In this document: piece by piece, positions 19,173-29,456 of the stretch
Layout: every line of letters starts with the position of its first letter
Position numbering within the stretch: position 1 is the first letter of the stretch
Assembly: GCA_963674755.2 (NCBI GenBank)
Contig: CAXXVS010000002.1
Span: forward strand, 1,568,001 to 1,632,000
Length of the DNA stretch: 64,000 bases
Reading direction: 5' to 3'
Origin: Desulfobacterales bacterium
GTDB lineage: Bacteria; Desulfobacterota; Desulfobacteria; Desulfobacterales; UBA5852
Notes under the pieces: generated by a model
Told to the model about the DNA's origin: nothing
The model's database searches: none
What the model saw: the letters and a program-made list of their open reading frames with translations, nothing else
Position numbers and translations under genes: made by a program

Positions 19173-21212
19173 GTGACTGACTTTGATTCGAAAAAAAGCA
19201 GCGTCATTACAGCAAGCGATAATTTGAACATGGTCCGCGGCGTTTCCCGTCGGGAATTTGTAAAATATTCCGCCGGTGCGATTGCCGGCCTTTGTATGGG
19301 CGGGCTGACGACGGCCTGTGGCATCGGCCGGAAGGCCCCGCCGATTCAGCCGATCCAGGGCTACCCGATCAGCGGAAATGTTGTTAAGACGACGGAACAG
19401 ATGCTGGCCTTTCCCATGCCGGCGACGCCGTCGGGACCCGACTCGGGGACAGGGCTTTATCCGACCGAGCTGCCGCTGATCTCGGAGTATGCACAATACG
19501 GATACGGCGCGTATGAGGTGATTGCCACAGGGCTTCCCGTCGTGCCGCGCTACGATCTCCTGCCGGACCCCGATCGTTACGCGAAGCCCGCCAGGCGCAA
19601 GCAGCTCGCCCACTTTTTTGCCATGACCGACATCCATATCACCGACAAGGAAGCCCCCAATCAGTTGATCTATATCCAGCAGGCGGATGCCCGTTTCGGC
19701 GCGCCCGTGACCTCGATCTATTCACCGGTCATGCTGTACACGCCCCATGTGCTCGATGCCGCCATCCAGACCATCAATGCCCTGCACCAAAAAACACCCT
19801 TTGATTTCGGCATTTCCCTGGGGGACACATGCAATAATACTCAGTATAACGAGCTGCGCTGGTATCTTGATATCATCGACGGCAAAGTCATCACCCCCAG
19901 TTCGGGCGCGCATCTCGGTGCCGACTGCATTGATTACCAAAAACCCTTCCAAGCCGCCGGCCTCGACAAGTCGATCCCGTGGTATCAGGTCCTCGGCAAC
20001 CACGATCATTTTTATATCGGCTCCATCGCCGTGGATGCCGATCCCACGCTTGGCATCCGCGAGGCGTACGTCGGCAACAAGGTCTGGGCGATCGGGGACC
20101 TCCTGCTGCCGAATCAGAATTACGTCGGACATCATTTCCCCTGCATGCTTGATTCGACATTCAACCTGACGGAATTGCCGCAGTCCTACATGGGGGTCAT
20201 TGACGGATCGACCCCAACCGGCACGATCAAATATGCCGGGCCCCGCGACGCCATCAGTCCTCCCCCGATGGTCACCGCCGATCTCCATCGTCGCTCGCTC
20301 TTGCGAACGGAATGGATCGCGGAGTTTTTCGAAACGCAAACCCTCCCCGTGGGCCACGGCTTCGGTCTCGTGGACCCCGCGATGGGCGAAGGCTTTGCCT
20401 GCTACAGTTTTGCGCCGAAAGCGGACATCCCGCTCAAAATAATCGTGCTTGACGATACGCAGTCTGAAACAGACGGATCACGTGACATTCACGGGCATGG
20501 GGTTTTGGATGAGGCCCGTTGGAATTGGCTCAAGGCGGAACTTGAGGCCGGACAGCGCGACCATCAGCTGATGATCATCGCCGCGCACGTGCCGATTGCC
20601 GTTTCCGGCTATGGCTCGGAGCTGGAGTGGTGGGACTCGGGCAGCGACCCCAATGCGACGGAACAAAATGCCGTAACCTTGACAGAGCTGGTTGCCACGC
20701 TCCAGAAGGCGCCTAATCTTCTCATGTGGATTGCAGGGCACCGCCACCTGAATACGATCAAGGGTTTTCCATCGCCCGACAGGATCAACGCTCCCGAAAA
20801 AGGGTTCTGGCAGGTCGAAACCTCCTCCCTCAGAGATTTCCCGCAGCAATTCCGGACCTTTGAGATCTACCTCAACAGCGATTATACGGTTTCGATCGTG
20901 GCCACCAATGTCGACCCGACCGTGGCTGACGGCACCCCGGCCGCGGCCTCGCGGACCTATGCGGTGGCAACGCAGCAGATTGTCAAAACGAAGTTGCAGG
21001 TCAATTCTGAAAATGTGCCGACAATATATGGCAAGCACGTCGACCCCATGGATCCCACGCGTCCCCAGGACGGCAGCCCAGACCCGACCATTGCGTACGG
21101 GGAGGTGCCGGGAGTCCCCTGCTGCGCCTCATACAATGCGGAGCTCTACAAGCAACTGAGTCCCTCGATGGTCCGCGTCCTGCAAGCGACGTTCCCCGCG
21201 GCTGTCAGTTAA
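19173..21212 (+). CDS. Tat-exported (lipo)metallophosphoesterase, TIGR03768-like
   Basis: SRREFVK, LTTAC lipobox, TDIH, LGD, GNHD, AGHRH; start codon uncertain. Confidence 0.8.
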   Translation: MTDFDSKKSSVITASDNLNMVRGVSRREFVKYSAGAIAGLCMGGLTTACGIGRKAPPIQPIQGYPISGNVVKTTEQMLAFPMPATPSGPDSGTGLYPTELPLISEYAQYGYGAYEVIATGLPVVPRYDLLPDPDRYAKPARRKQLAHFFAMTDIHITDKEAPNQLIYIQQADARFGAPVTSIYSPVMLYTPHVLDAAIQTINALHQKTPFDFGISLGDTCNNTQYNELRWYLDIIDGKVITPSSGAHLGADCIDYQKPFQAAGLDKSIPWYQVLGNHDHFYIGSIAVDADPTLGIREAYVGNKVWAIGDLLLPNQNYVGHHFPCMLDSTFNLTELPQSYMGVIDGSTPTGTIKYAGPRDAISPPPMVTADLHRRSLLRTEWIAEFFETQTLPVGHGFGLVDPAMGEGFACYSFAPKADIPLKIIVLDDTQSETDGSRDIHGHGVLDEARWNWLKAELEAGQRDHQLMIIAAHVPIAVSGYGSELEWWDSGSDPNATEQNAVTLTELVATLQKAPNLLMWIAGHRHLNTIKGFPSPDRINAPEKGFWQVETSSLRDFPQQFRTFEIYLNSDYTVSIVATNVDPTVADGTPAAASRTYAVATQQIVKTKLQVNSENVPTIYGKHVDPMDPTRPQDGSPDPTIAYGEVPGVPCCASYNAELYKQLSPSMVRVLQATFPAAVS

Positions 21213-21291
21213 ACGGCATCGCCATTTCTCACATGTCGCTCCCGTGCAGACCGCCGATGTTGGACGACGAGAGCTCTGGGCGACGACGACC

Positions 21292-21328
21292 AAAAAATTA
21301 GGCCGCCCGGATTTCCGAGGCGGCCTAA
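21292..21328 (-). terminator. intrinsic terminator of tRNA-Ala
   Basis: TTAGGCCGCC/GGCGGCCTAA stem followed by a T-run on the minus strand. Confidence 0.8.
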
Positions 21329-21343
21329 CTTATTGAGTTCATT

Positions 21344-21419
21344 TGGTGGAGATGAAGGGATTCGAACCCTCGACCTCAGCGTTGCGAACGCTGCGCTCTC
21401 CCAGCTGAGCTACATCCCC
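21344..21419 (-). tRNA. tRNA-Ala(CGC)
   Basis: GGGGATGTAGCTCAG...CAGCG-TTCGCAA-CGCTG...GGTTCGAATCC...CTCCACCA, 76 nt. Confidence 0.97.
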
Positions 21420-21654
21420 ATGGGAAACGGCAGATCTCTTAACAGATCCCACGGCAGGAATCAATTCAAAAAAACCTTGTCAGGACAAGGTTTTTGATTT
21501 ACACCCCCGCGCAACCCGAAAGCGGGCCGGACAACGGCCATTGGCGTCTGGGAATAGCGGCGTCGTGATAGTCTTGCTATCCCCCGGATGGCCATCCGGG
21601 GCCACAGACACCAAATCGCGATTGCGTTGATCATCGAAGGAGCGCTCGAACATC

Positions 21655-23400
21655 ATGAACCACGTCAAGATCACCCTGCAGGATGCCTACAAGACCTCCA
21701 CCTACGACCAGGACAAGATCATGTCGCCGGAGGAGACCGTGGCCGCTTTTAAAAGCCGGCTGCAGGGCGCGAAGCTCGATATCCTGGCTCATACCGAGCG
21801 GATCGACAACGGCCGTCTGGACATTCCCGTCTTTTTCAGCGTATGCGGCCAGGATGCCCAAGAAGTGATCGGCAATAAGAAGCAGATGGGCAAGGGTGCC
21901 AGTCCGGCCCAGGCCGAGGCCAGCGCCGTCATGGAACTGGCCGAGCGCTTCAGCTTTTTCAGCTTCTGCCAGAGCCCGGACCACTTTACCATCGACACCT
22001 ACGCCAACCTCAAAAAGGAGGCCCTGCCCTTCGATCTCATCGCCCGTTCGGTCCACGACACGTCCGGAGATCTGGAGGCCGCGGCGCGAATCTTCGAAAC
22101 CATTCCCATGCGCTGGACCCGGGCCTGGAACCTGACGGCCGGCGGCGAGGTCCTGGTGCCCTTCGACTGGTTTTACGCCATCAACGAGTTCAACGGCCCG
22201 TCGGCCGGCAATTGCCAGGAAGAAGCCCTGAGCCAGGGGATCTGCGAAATCGTGGAACGGCACGTCTCCTCCATCGTGAGCCGAACCAGGCGCCAGACCC
22301 CGGCCATCGACCCGGGCTCGGCCAACGATCCCATGGTCCGCGCCATGCTGCAGAAATACGCAAGCAACGGCATCAACCTCTATGTGCAGGACTTGAGCCT
22401 GGATACCGGCATCCCGACGGTGGGGGTGTTCGCCTATGACCCGGCCAACTTCCCGGGGTCCAGCGAGCTGGTCTGGACGGCCGGCACCACCCCCAGTCCG
22501 GAAAAAGCCTTCAGCCGGGCCCTGACCGAAGTGGCCCAACTGGCCGGCGACTTCAATTCCGGCGCCAACTATATGGCCAGCGGACTGCCCAAATACACCC
22601 GCCTGGAACAGGCCGCCTTTCTCATGCAACCCGAAAAGACGGTCCGCTTGGACGCCCTGCCGGACCTCTCCCACGACAATATCCGCATCGAAGTGGAAAA
22701 CCTGGTGGGCGCCCTGGCCCGCAACAACCTGGAGGTTTTGGTGATCGACACCATGCACCCCCAACTTGCCATACCGGCCTTTTACACCATCGTACCGGGC
22801 ACCCATTTCCGGGAACGGGCCCAAGGCACCAGCGTGGGGATGTTTTCCGCCAAACTGGTGGTGGAAAACCAGCCGCCGGAGATCGCCCTTTATGAGCTTG
22901 AGAAATTCGAGAGTCTGCTGCCGGGCCGCTACTACATCCAGTTTTACATGGGGTTATGCCAGTTGAACGCGGACCGTCCCGAGGCCGCCCTGGGCCATTT
23001 CCAGCAAGCCCTGGAGCGCGATCCCGTGGAGGAGGACATCCCCAGCATCTATTCCTACATGGGGGTCTGCCTGAAAGACAGCGGCCGCTATCGTGAGGCT
23101 TTGGAAGTCCTCCAGCGGGGGCTGGCTCTGGACGAGGAGCGCACCGATCTGCACAACCTGATGGGATTTTGCCATTTTCAGCTCAAGGAACACGAACAGG
23201 CCATCGGCTGCTTCGAAAAGGTAATCCGCTTAGATCCCGGCTCGGCCATCGACTACGCCAATATCGCCTCCAACTATCGGGATCTGAACCGGCCGGAGGA
23301 CGCCGTCCGCTATTACCGCATGGCCCTGGAAATCGACCCCACCATCGAATTCGCCCGGGACAACCTGGCCCGTCTGACCGGCGGCAAGCCTCTGGCATGA
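21655..23400 (+). CDS. YcaO-like protein with C-terminal TPR repeats
   Basis: QMGKGAS...ASAVMELAER, NGPSAGN...EIVERH, RALTEVAQ; TPR helices. Confidence 0.9.
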   Translation: MNHVKITLQDAYKTSTYDQDKIMSPEETVAAFKSRLQGAKLDILAHTERIDNGRLDIPVFFSVCGQDAQEVIGNKKQMGKGASPAQAEASAVMELAERFSFFSFCQSPDHFTIDTYANLKKEALPFDLIARSVHDTSGDLEAAARIFETIPMRWTRAWNLTAGGEVLVPFDWFYAINEFNGPSAGNCQEEALSQGICEIVERHVSSIVSRTRRQTPAIDPGSANDPMVRAMLQKYASNGINLYVQDLSLDTGIPTVGVFAYDPANFPGSSELVWTAGTTPSPEKAFSRALTEVAQLAGDFNSGANYMASGLPKYTRLEQAAFLMQPEKTVRLDALPDLSHDNIRIEVENLVGALARNNLEVLVIDTMHPQLAIPAFYTIVPGTHFRERAQGTSVGMFSAKLVVENQPPEIALYELEKFESLLPGRYYIQFYMGLCQLNADRPEAALGHFQQALERDPVEEDIPSIYSYMGVCLKDSGRYREALEVLQRGLALDEERTDLHNLMGFCHFQLKEHEQAIGCFEKVIRLDPGSAIDYANIASNYRDLNRPEDAVRYYRMALEIDPTIEFARDNLARLTGGKPLA

Positions 23401-23448
23401 TGGGGTCCGGTATCCGCCGATCCCCTCCTTTCACAATGCCGGCCCGCA

Positions 23449-23487
23449 GAAAAGGCCTTGCGGCGGCAAAGCCCGCAAGGCCTTTTC
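23449..23487. terminator. bidirectional terminator
   Basis: 15-bp perfect stem GAAAAGGCCTTGCGG/CCGCAAGGCCTTTTC between convergent genes. Confidence 0.8.
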
Positions 23488-23534
23488 AGTTAAGCATGTC
23501 CTCTTAAAGCAGGTCCGGGATCGTGCGGCCCCAC

Positions 23535-24314
23535 TTAGCCGGCCAATTCCTCGGCCAATCGCATGTAATCCCGGGCCCCATAGCTGCCCGGCCGATAGAA
23601 AACCACCGGCTTGCCCACATGGGCGCTTTCGGCCACGGTGATGTTGGACCGGATGACCGTCTCGAACAACAGCGGTCCGTAGCGTTTGTCCGACTTCAGG
23701 CGTTCCAGGGTGTGGTTGCTGACCCGGGTGCGCTGATCGTGAAAGGTGGCTACCACGCCGGTGGTCTTGAGCTTGGTGTTGATGCCCCGGCGAATGGCGC
23801 CGATGGTGTCGAACAGCTCGTTGAGGGCATTGAAGGCGTAAGGTTGGGTCTGGCAGGGCACCAGCACTTCGCCGGCGTAGGCGAAGACGTTGACCGTGAG
23901 CAGGGAAAGGCTGGGGGGCGTATCCAGCAGAATGTAGTCATAGCCGCCGTCGAGACCGGCCAGACCCTGCCGAAGGCGGTTTTCACGCCCTTCCACGTTC
24001 ACCAGCTCCACTTCCGCGCCGGCCAGATCGGGCACCGACGGCAGGCAGGCCAGGCCCTTCCAGCGGGTCGGCAGTACCGCATCGGCCGGGCTGAGCGCTT
24101 CCTCCCCATTGATGAGGTCATAAACCGAATGGGCGATATCATCCGCGCTGATCCCCAGCCCCTGGGTGGCATTGAACTGGGGATCCATGTCCACGATCAG
24201 AACCTGGTAGCCTTCCAGGGACAAGGCCGCGCCGAGGTTGACAATGGTCGCCGTTTTCCCCACCCCGCCCTTTTCGTTGGCCACCGCGATCTTCCGACTC
24301 TTTTTGGACGCCAT
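23535..24314 (-). CDS. ParA/Soj family ATPase (orphan)
   Basis: NEKGGVGKT, VDMDPQFN, DYILLDTPPSL. Confidence 0.92.
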   Translation of the reverse strand: MASKKSRKIAVANEKGGVGKTATIVNLGAALSLEGYQVLIVDMDPQFNATQGLGISADDIAHSVYDLINGEEALSPADAVLPTRWKGLACLPSVPDLAGAEVELVNVEGRENRLRQGLAGLDGGYDYILLDTPPSLSLLTVNVFAYAGEVLVPCQTQPYAFNALNELFDTIGAIRRGINTKLKTTGVVATFHDQRTRVSNHTLERLKSDKRYGPLLFETVIRSNITVAESAHVGKPVVFYRPGSYGARDYMRLAEELAG

Positions 24315-24393
24315 GCACACACCTCCCCTTGCGGTTGCAGCGGGTCAGGTCTGCCGTCGACATCCTCGTACGCACGCGGCGGCGGGTGGCGAA

Positions 24394-26649
24394 TCAGTCG
24401 GGAAGGGCCTCCTGGGGCACAACCGCGTCCCGCAGCCGTTGGGCCCGCTGGAAGAGAAGATCCGTACCGGCCGCAAACGCCCGCAGGGTATCGGCCCGTT
24501 TGCTCTTGTCCGCCTGGCTGGCACCGATCAACTCGGCCATCTGGGTGAGATCGTCCTCGTAGGTCTGAAAACGATCCAGAAGAACTTCCGCGATCTGATT
24601 GGCAGCTGACTCCACCATTGGAAAAATATATCTGAATTTGATGTTTTCGCGATAATCCTTGAAATGGAAGAGAATCGAACGCTCGGTTTCCTTCTTCATG
24701 CGTTCCACCCCGTCCCGGAGGGCCTGGATCTCTTCCTGGCGGCCGTCGGCCACCGGCTTGCGGATCAGTTTGCGAAAGCCCCGCAGAATTTTATAGGCCC
24801 CCAGACGCATGATGGCCTCGGTTTTGACCTTGGCCGAATAGCGCATGGCGGCACTGGCCGACGGCAGTTTGAGGTTGGATGCCTGACGGATGGTGTCCAG
24901 GCCCGGCAGGGCGGTGTGGTGGTTCGGGTGGCCGGTCGGGCCGTCGATGCCCAGCGTCCGGGCCGTGGCTTGGAAATCGCCGACCGCGTCCTGCACCATG
25001 CTGCCGTAAGGGCCGGCCACGTCATGCAGGTATGCCACGATGCGTTGCTCCCGGTCTCGCACGAAATGGAAAATATCCGGGTTGATGGACTCGGCAATGT
25101 AGCCGTCCAGGGCCTGTTTGAACTCCTGGTAGACATGGTAGAGCGTATTCGGAAAACCGGAGGAGGCCATGTTTTCCAGATGCTCCTGCCAGGAGGGCAC
25201 GCTGTAGGAGCGGATAAATTCCAAGAGCCCCTTCATGACATCGCCGGAATGGGGATCGAAGAAGCGGTCCACATCGCCGCGCAATTCTTTGCGGATCTTG
25301 CGGATGCTGCCCTCCAGGGTACTTTTGATCACCGAACGGATGCGCGCCATCTGGTCCTGGTTGCGCATGATCCGCGCGACGATTTCCGTGGCCTTGCTGT
25401 CGTCGGCCAGCAGCAACTCACGCTTCACGCTCACCATGCTGTTCAGGTCGGCCGTCATCACCAGCAGGCGTTCCACATGGTTGCGCAGCAGCAGGACCAT
25501 GGATTCATTGACGAGCTTGTCCTGCAGGGCCGCCAGGAACCGCTCTGTCTCCTGATCGGAGTAAGCCTTCAGAGCCTCATCCTTTTCCCACTGCTCCAGG
25601 CGATGGCGGTCTTTCTCCGACAATTGATCGGGTTGGGCGCGGAAGAGGTTCAACAGGGCCGACAGGGTGTAGATCTCGGGGTTCGGGCGCAGCAGGGCCA
25701 GCTCATCGCCAACGCGTTGCCGCAGCTGCTGCAAGTCTTCCAGGGCGTCGTGTTCGCTGAAATCGGCATTCAGGATGAAGAGCACATTGTCGATGATGCC
25801 CATCTTCTTGATGATGGAGAGAAAGCGGATATCCGCCCGGCGCAGTCCCGTGCGGCTGCTGATGACGTAGATCAACAGGTGGGTTTGCAGGAGATAATCC
25901 TGAATCATGGCCAGATGCAGGGGATTGGGCGAATCACTGCCCTGACAGTCGGCCAGTTCGACGTGGCGCTTGAGATGCGGGCTGCAGACTTCCAGCCGGA
26001 TGTCGCGCAAATAAACCGCGAGGGCATCGTCGCCGGCGAAATCGCGGTGTTCGGCAAACCGTTCGGCGGAATAGCAGATCGTTTCCGGCGTAGACGCAAT
26101 GATATCACGGACCCGTGCATAGCCCTTGAGATACGAGGAGAGCAGAACACTGTTGGCGTTACGGGTGTCGCGGGACAGCAGTTGTTCGGGATTCAGGTCT
26201 TCCAGGGCGCGCGTCAAGGCCTGGCGCTCATCTTCGCGGCGCATGTCGAAGCCGTCATCGACATGCCAGTCCATGGAGGGGAATAAAACAAGGGCCTGCT
26301 CAATGTCTTCGTTGATTTCATCCCATGTCTTGAACTGCAATTCCGCCTTGAGGGTTTGGCCGCGATGCACCCGGGTAACGAAAGACGTCACCACGCCGGC
26401 GCCGCGCTTGAGATAATCCCCTCCCAGAATGGCATTGGCAAAGGAACTTTTACCGGATTTGATCGGGCCCACGACCGCCACCCGAATGGTCTCTTCATTC
26501 AATTGCTGTTGAATAAGTCGGCAGGCCGCAAGGCTTTTGGTGAGGGACGCTTCGGCCATCCCGTTCGTGGCACCGGCGCGTTCGATGAGGTCGGCAAATT
26601 CCTGGGTAAGATCGATCAGTTGGTTTTTGATATCGTCGTAAGCTTGCAT
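24394..26649 (-). CDS. dynamin-family GTPase
   Basis: GPIKSGKS, GAGVVT, DCQG, long helical C-terminus. Confidence 0.8.
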   Translation of the reverse strand: MQAYDDIKNQLIDLTQEFADLIERAGATNGMAEASLTKSLAACRLIQQQLNEETIRVAVVGPIKSGKSSFANAILGGDYLKRGAGVVTSFVTRVHRGQTLKAELQFKTWDEINEDIEQALVLFPSMDWHVDDGFDMRREDERQALTRALEDLNPEQLLSRDTRNANSVLLSSYLKGYARVRDIIASTPETICYSAERFAEHRDFAGDDALAVYLRDIRLEVCSPHLKRHVELADCQGSDSPNPLHLAMIQDYLLQTHLLIYVISSRTGLRRADIRFLSIIKKMGIIDNVLFILNADFSEHDALEDLQQLRQRVGDELALLRPNPEIYTLSALLNLFRAQPDQLSEKDRHRLEQWEKDEALKAYSDQETERFLAALQDKLVNESMVLLLRNHVERLLVMTADLNSMVSVKRELLLADDSKATEIVARIMRNQDQMARIRSVIKSTLEGSIRKIRKELRGDVDRFFDPHSGDVMKGLLEFIRSYSVPSWQEHLENMASSGFPNTLYHVYQEFKQALDGYIAESINPDIFHFVRDREQRIVAYLHDVAGPYGSMVQDAVGDFQATARTLGIDGPTGHPNHHTALPGLDTIRQASNLKLPSASAAMRYSAKVKTEAIMRLGAYKILRGFRKLIRKPVADGRQEEIQALRDGVERMKKETERSILFHFKDYRENIKFRYIFPMVESAANQIAEVLLDRFQTYEDDLTQMAELIGASQADKSKRADTLRAFAAGTDLLFQRAQRLRDAVVPQEALPD

Positions 26650-26955
26650 GCCGCCTTTAGTGCGATGGGGCCTCGGGCATTGACCGTCAGCAGTAAGAAA
26701 GTTGTTGGTAACCACAAAAATCCGTTGGCCGGCATTCGCCGGAGTCCTCCTGTAAAGCGTCGGGCGGCCTTCCGGACGGCATCCGTGCGGCTAATGATTA
26801 CAATGTCTTACGGAGATTGTCAAAACGAATTGCATCATGGATAATAAGCGGGCCATACTGAATGAAAAACATAAGCTGTTGTAAAATCAATGATTTTATG
26901 TTATTTTGATTGTTCTGAAGCATATCGAACCCGAAGCGCAAAGGGAATAGCCTCC

Positions 26956-27108
26956 ATGTCTGACAAGCACCCGGAATGCCCTCTCTATAACCCCCTCAAC
27001 TGCAAGGAATACTACAATCCCAAGCTCTGCGCATTTGTCCGCAAGGATAAAATCTGTCTCAAGAAGAAAAAACCCAAAGCCAAAAAAAAGAACACTGCAG
27101 ACGCATAA
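26956..27108 (+). CDS. small Cys-rich basic protein (50 aa)
   Basis: MSDKHPECPLYNPLNCKEYYNPKLCAFVRKDKICLKKKK; four Cys and a Lys-rich tail. Confidence 0.65.
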   Translation: MSDKHPECPLYNPLNCKEYYNPKLCAFVRKDKICLKKKKPKAKKKNTADA

Positions 27109-27138
27109 TCTTCCCGTACTCCCGCCGGGGAAGGGCCT

Positions 27139-27705
27139 TCAGGCATGCCCGGCCGCATTCGTCAAAAGGGATGGATCGATCCCCAATTTCCGTATGGCCG
27201 ATTCCCAGCGCTGACCGACCGGAACCTCAAACAGGAGGCTCTCGTCGCAGTCACAGGTCAACCAGGCATTCTGTTGAATTTCCGCTTCCAGTTGGCCGGG
27301 TCCCCAGCCGGCACATCCCAGGCTGATCATAAAGGGGCGGGGGCCCTCCCCGCGGGCAATCCGTTCGAGAATCTCCCGTGTGGTGCTCATCGCCAGCCGC
27401 GGCGTGATCTGCAGACTGGTAAGCGCATCGAAAGGATGTCCGTGCAGGATAAAGACCTCGCTGATATGCACGGGGCCGCCCAGGAAAATCGGGACTTGGC
27501 CGGCGTCGGCTTGATGCGGCATGCCCAGCTCATCGAAAATATTCTCCGCTTTGAGGGTCGGGTGGGTGCGGTTGATGACGATCCCCACCGCGCCCTCGCG
27601 GGTATGTTCGGACAGGCAGACCACCGTCTGATAGAAATTGGGATCCAGCAGACCCGGCATGGCCATCAGAAACTGACCCTTCAAGGATTCGGGATAATCC
27701 GTCAC
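27139..27705 (-). CDS. YqgE/AlgH family protein
   Basis: FLGGPV, GCAGWGPGQLEAEI, C-terminal AGHA. Confidence 0.93.
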   Translation of the reverse strand: MTDYPESLKGQFLMAMPGLLDPNFYQTVVCLSEHTREGAVGIVINRTHPTLKAENIFDELGMPHQADAGQVPIFLGGPVHISEVFILHGHPFDALTSLQITPRLAMSTTREILERIARGEGPRPFMISLGCAGWGPGQLEAEIQQNAWLTCDCDESLLFEVPVGQRWESAIRKLGIDPSLLTNAAGHA

Positions 27706-27939
27706 ACGTCACCCCATCTTTTTTGCGAAAATATCGTGATGCATCAGCCCATACGTGGAACCGGAAAAGTTGTCAAGCATCAGCCCCCCAATACCTGCTC
27801 GTCGGCGCGCTGTGCCATCTCGCGCAGGAAGTCACATGGTCATTGACGACGACCAGGACACGGCATTGCCAAGTCAGGTTTCCATTGATACGGTGAAAGC
27901 AACGCCACGCTGTTGATGACGCATAGGAGACGCCCAACC

Positions 27940-29283
27940 ATGCCCCCCAAATCATTGCAGGAGATGCGGCAGGACGCCCAGGCTATTTTCAGGGCCGGCG
28001 TGGATGCCGTGGCCCCGGAAGCGGCGATCAGGGCCCACTGCCGCCGGGACGGCCAGTGCTTGCAGGTCGGAACGCAGATCTACGATTTGGCCCGCTATAA
28101 AAAGGTCTGGATCATCGGCACCGGCAAAGCCGCGGCGGCTATGGCCCGCACCCTGGAAGACATGCTGGGCGACCGCATCGCCGGCGGCCTGATCACCGTG
28201 AAATATGGCCACCTGGCGCCTCTGCACACGGTCCGCGTGATCGAAGCGGGCCATCCCCTGCCGGATGCCAACGGCTGTCAGGGGGCCCGCGAAATTCTGG
28301 CCCTTGCCGCGGCGGCCGGACCGCAGGATCTGGTCCTCTGCCTGATTTCCGGGGGCGGCTCCGCTTTGCTGCCGCTGCCGGGCAAGGGGCTGACCCTGGA
28401 AGACAAACAGGCGGCCAACCGGGTGCTGTTGTCCTGCGGCGCCGCCATCCATGAAATGAATACGATCCGCAAACACCTTTCCGCCATCAAGGGGGGGCGT
28501 CTGGCCGCGGCCGTTCATCCGGCCACCCTCGTCACCCTGGTGCTCTCGGACGTGGTGGGGGATGACCTGGATGTGATCGCCTCCGGACCGACCGTTCCGG
28601 ACCCCAGCACCTTTACGGACGCCCTGGCCATTGTGGACCGCTACCATATTGCCGCCGAGCTGCCGGATGCCGTGGTCCGTTATTTGAAAAAGGGGGTGAC
28701 CGGTGAGCTCGACGAATCACCGAAGCCCGGGGATAAATGCTTCGCCCAGGCCCATCACCTGATCGTGGGCAGCAACCGGCAATGCGTGCAGGCCGCACGC
28801 GCGGAGGCGCTCAAGCGCGGCTATCACACGTTGGTGTTGTCCACGCTGATGGAGGGTGAAACCCGTGACGTGGCCCGGGTGCACGGCGCCATGGGACGTG
28901 AAATTCTGGCCAGCGGCCATCCGGTCCCTCCCCCGGCCTGCCTCATTTCCGGCGGTGAAACGACCGTCACCCTGAGGGGCCGGGGACGCGGGGGGCGCAA
29001 TCAGGAATTTGCCCTGGCGGCGGCCTTGGATATCGAAGGCGTCCGGGACGTGGTGGTACTGAGCGGAGGGACCGACGGTACGGACGGCCCCACCGACGCC
29101 GCCGGGGCTATCGTCGATGGCCGGACCACGGCCCGTGCCCGTACCCAGGGCATGGATCCGCGGCGATATCTGGAAGACAACGACGCCTATCCGCTGTTCG
29201 ACCGGTTGGGCGACTTGCTGCGGACGGGCCCCACCAACACCAACGTCATGGACCTCCGACTGGTGTTGGCTTCAAGCCGCTGA
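27940..29283 (+). CDS. glycerate kinase (MOFRL family)
   Basis: GTGKAA, AGHPLPD, LISGGGSAL, GGRNQE, TGPTNTNVMD. Confidence 0.93.
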   Translation: MPPKSLQEMRQDAQAIFRAGVDAVAPEAAIRAHCRRDGQCLQVGTQIYDLARYKKVWIIGTGKAAAAMARTLEDMLGDRIAGGLITVKYGHLAPLHTVRVIEAGHPLPDANGCQGAREILALAAAAGPQDLVLCLISGGGSALLPLPGKGLTLEDKQAANRVLLSCGAAIHEMNTIRKHLSAIKGGRLAAAVHPATLVTLVLSDVVGDDLDVIASGPTVPDPSTFTDALAIVDRYHIAAELPDAVVRYLKKGVTGELDESPKPGDKCFAQAHHLIVGSNRQCVQAARAEALKRGYHTLVLSTLMEGETRDVARVHGAMGREILASGHPVPPPACLISGGETTVTLRGRGRGGRNQEFALAAALDIEGVRDVVVLSGGTDGTDGPTDAAGAIVDGRTTARARTQGMDPRRYLEDNDAYPLFDRLGDLLRTGPTNTNVMDLRLVLASSR

Positions 29284-29284
29284 A

Positions 29285-29427
29285 AGTGCCCAGCCCTAAT
29301 GGCATCTTTCGGCCCCTGGCGTCGTTCTCGCTTATTTTCAATCCTCGAAATAGCGGGCTATTCCTCCGGTTGAAAACGCGCTCGGGCCTTGCCAGGAACC
29401 GGAATCTACCCTTTATGGATGGGCACT
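29285..29427. repeat. intergenic MITE/REP-like element
   Basis: AGTGCCCAGCCCTAA / TTATGGATGGGCACT imperfect terminal inverted repeats; same ends as the element at 45525-45782. Confidence 0.7.
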
Positions 29428-29456
29428 GAAACTCAAATAGTTGCTTAAAATGGCGG

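Noticed and set aside
1..21343. Prophage or intact integrative element
   Set aside because: No integrase, structural phage or conjugation genes in the window.
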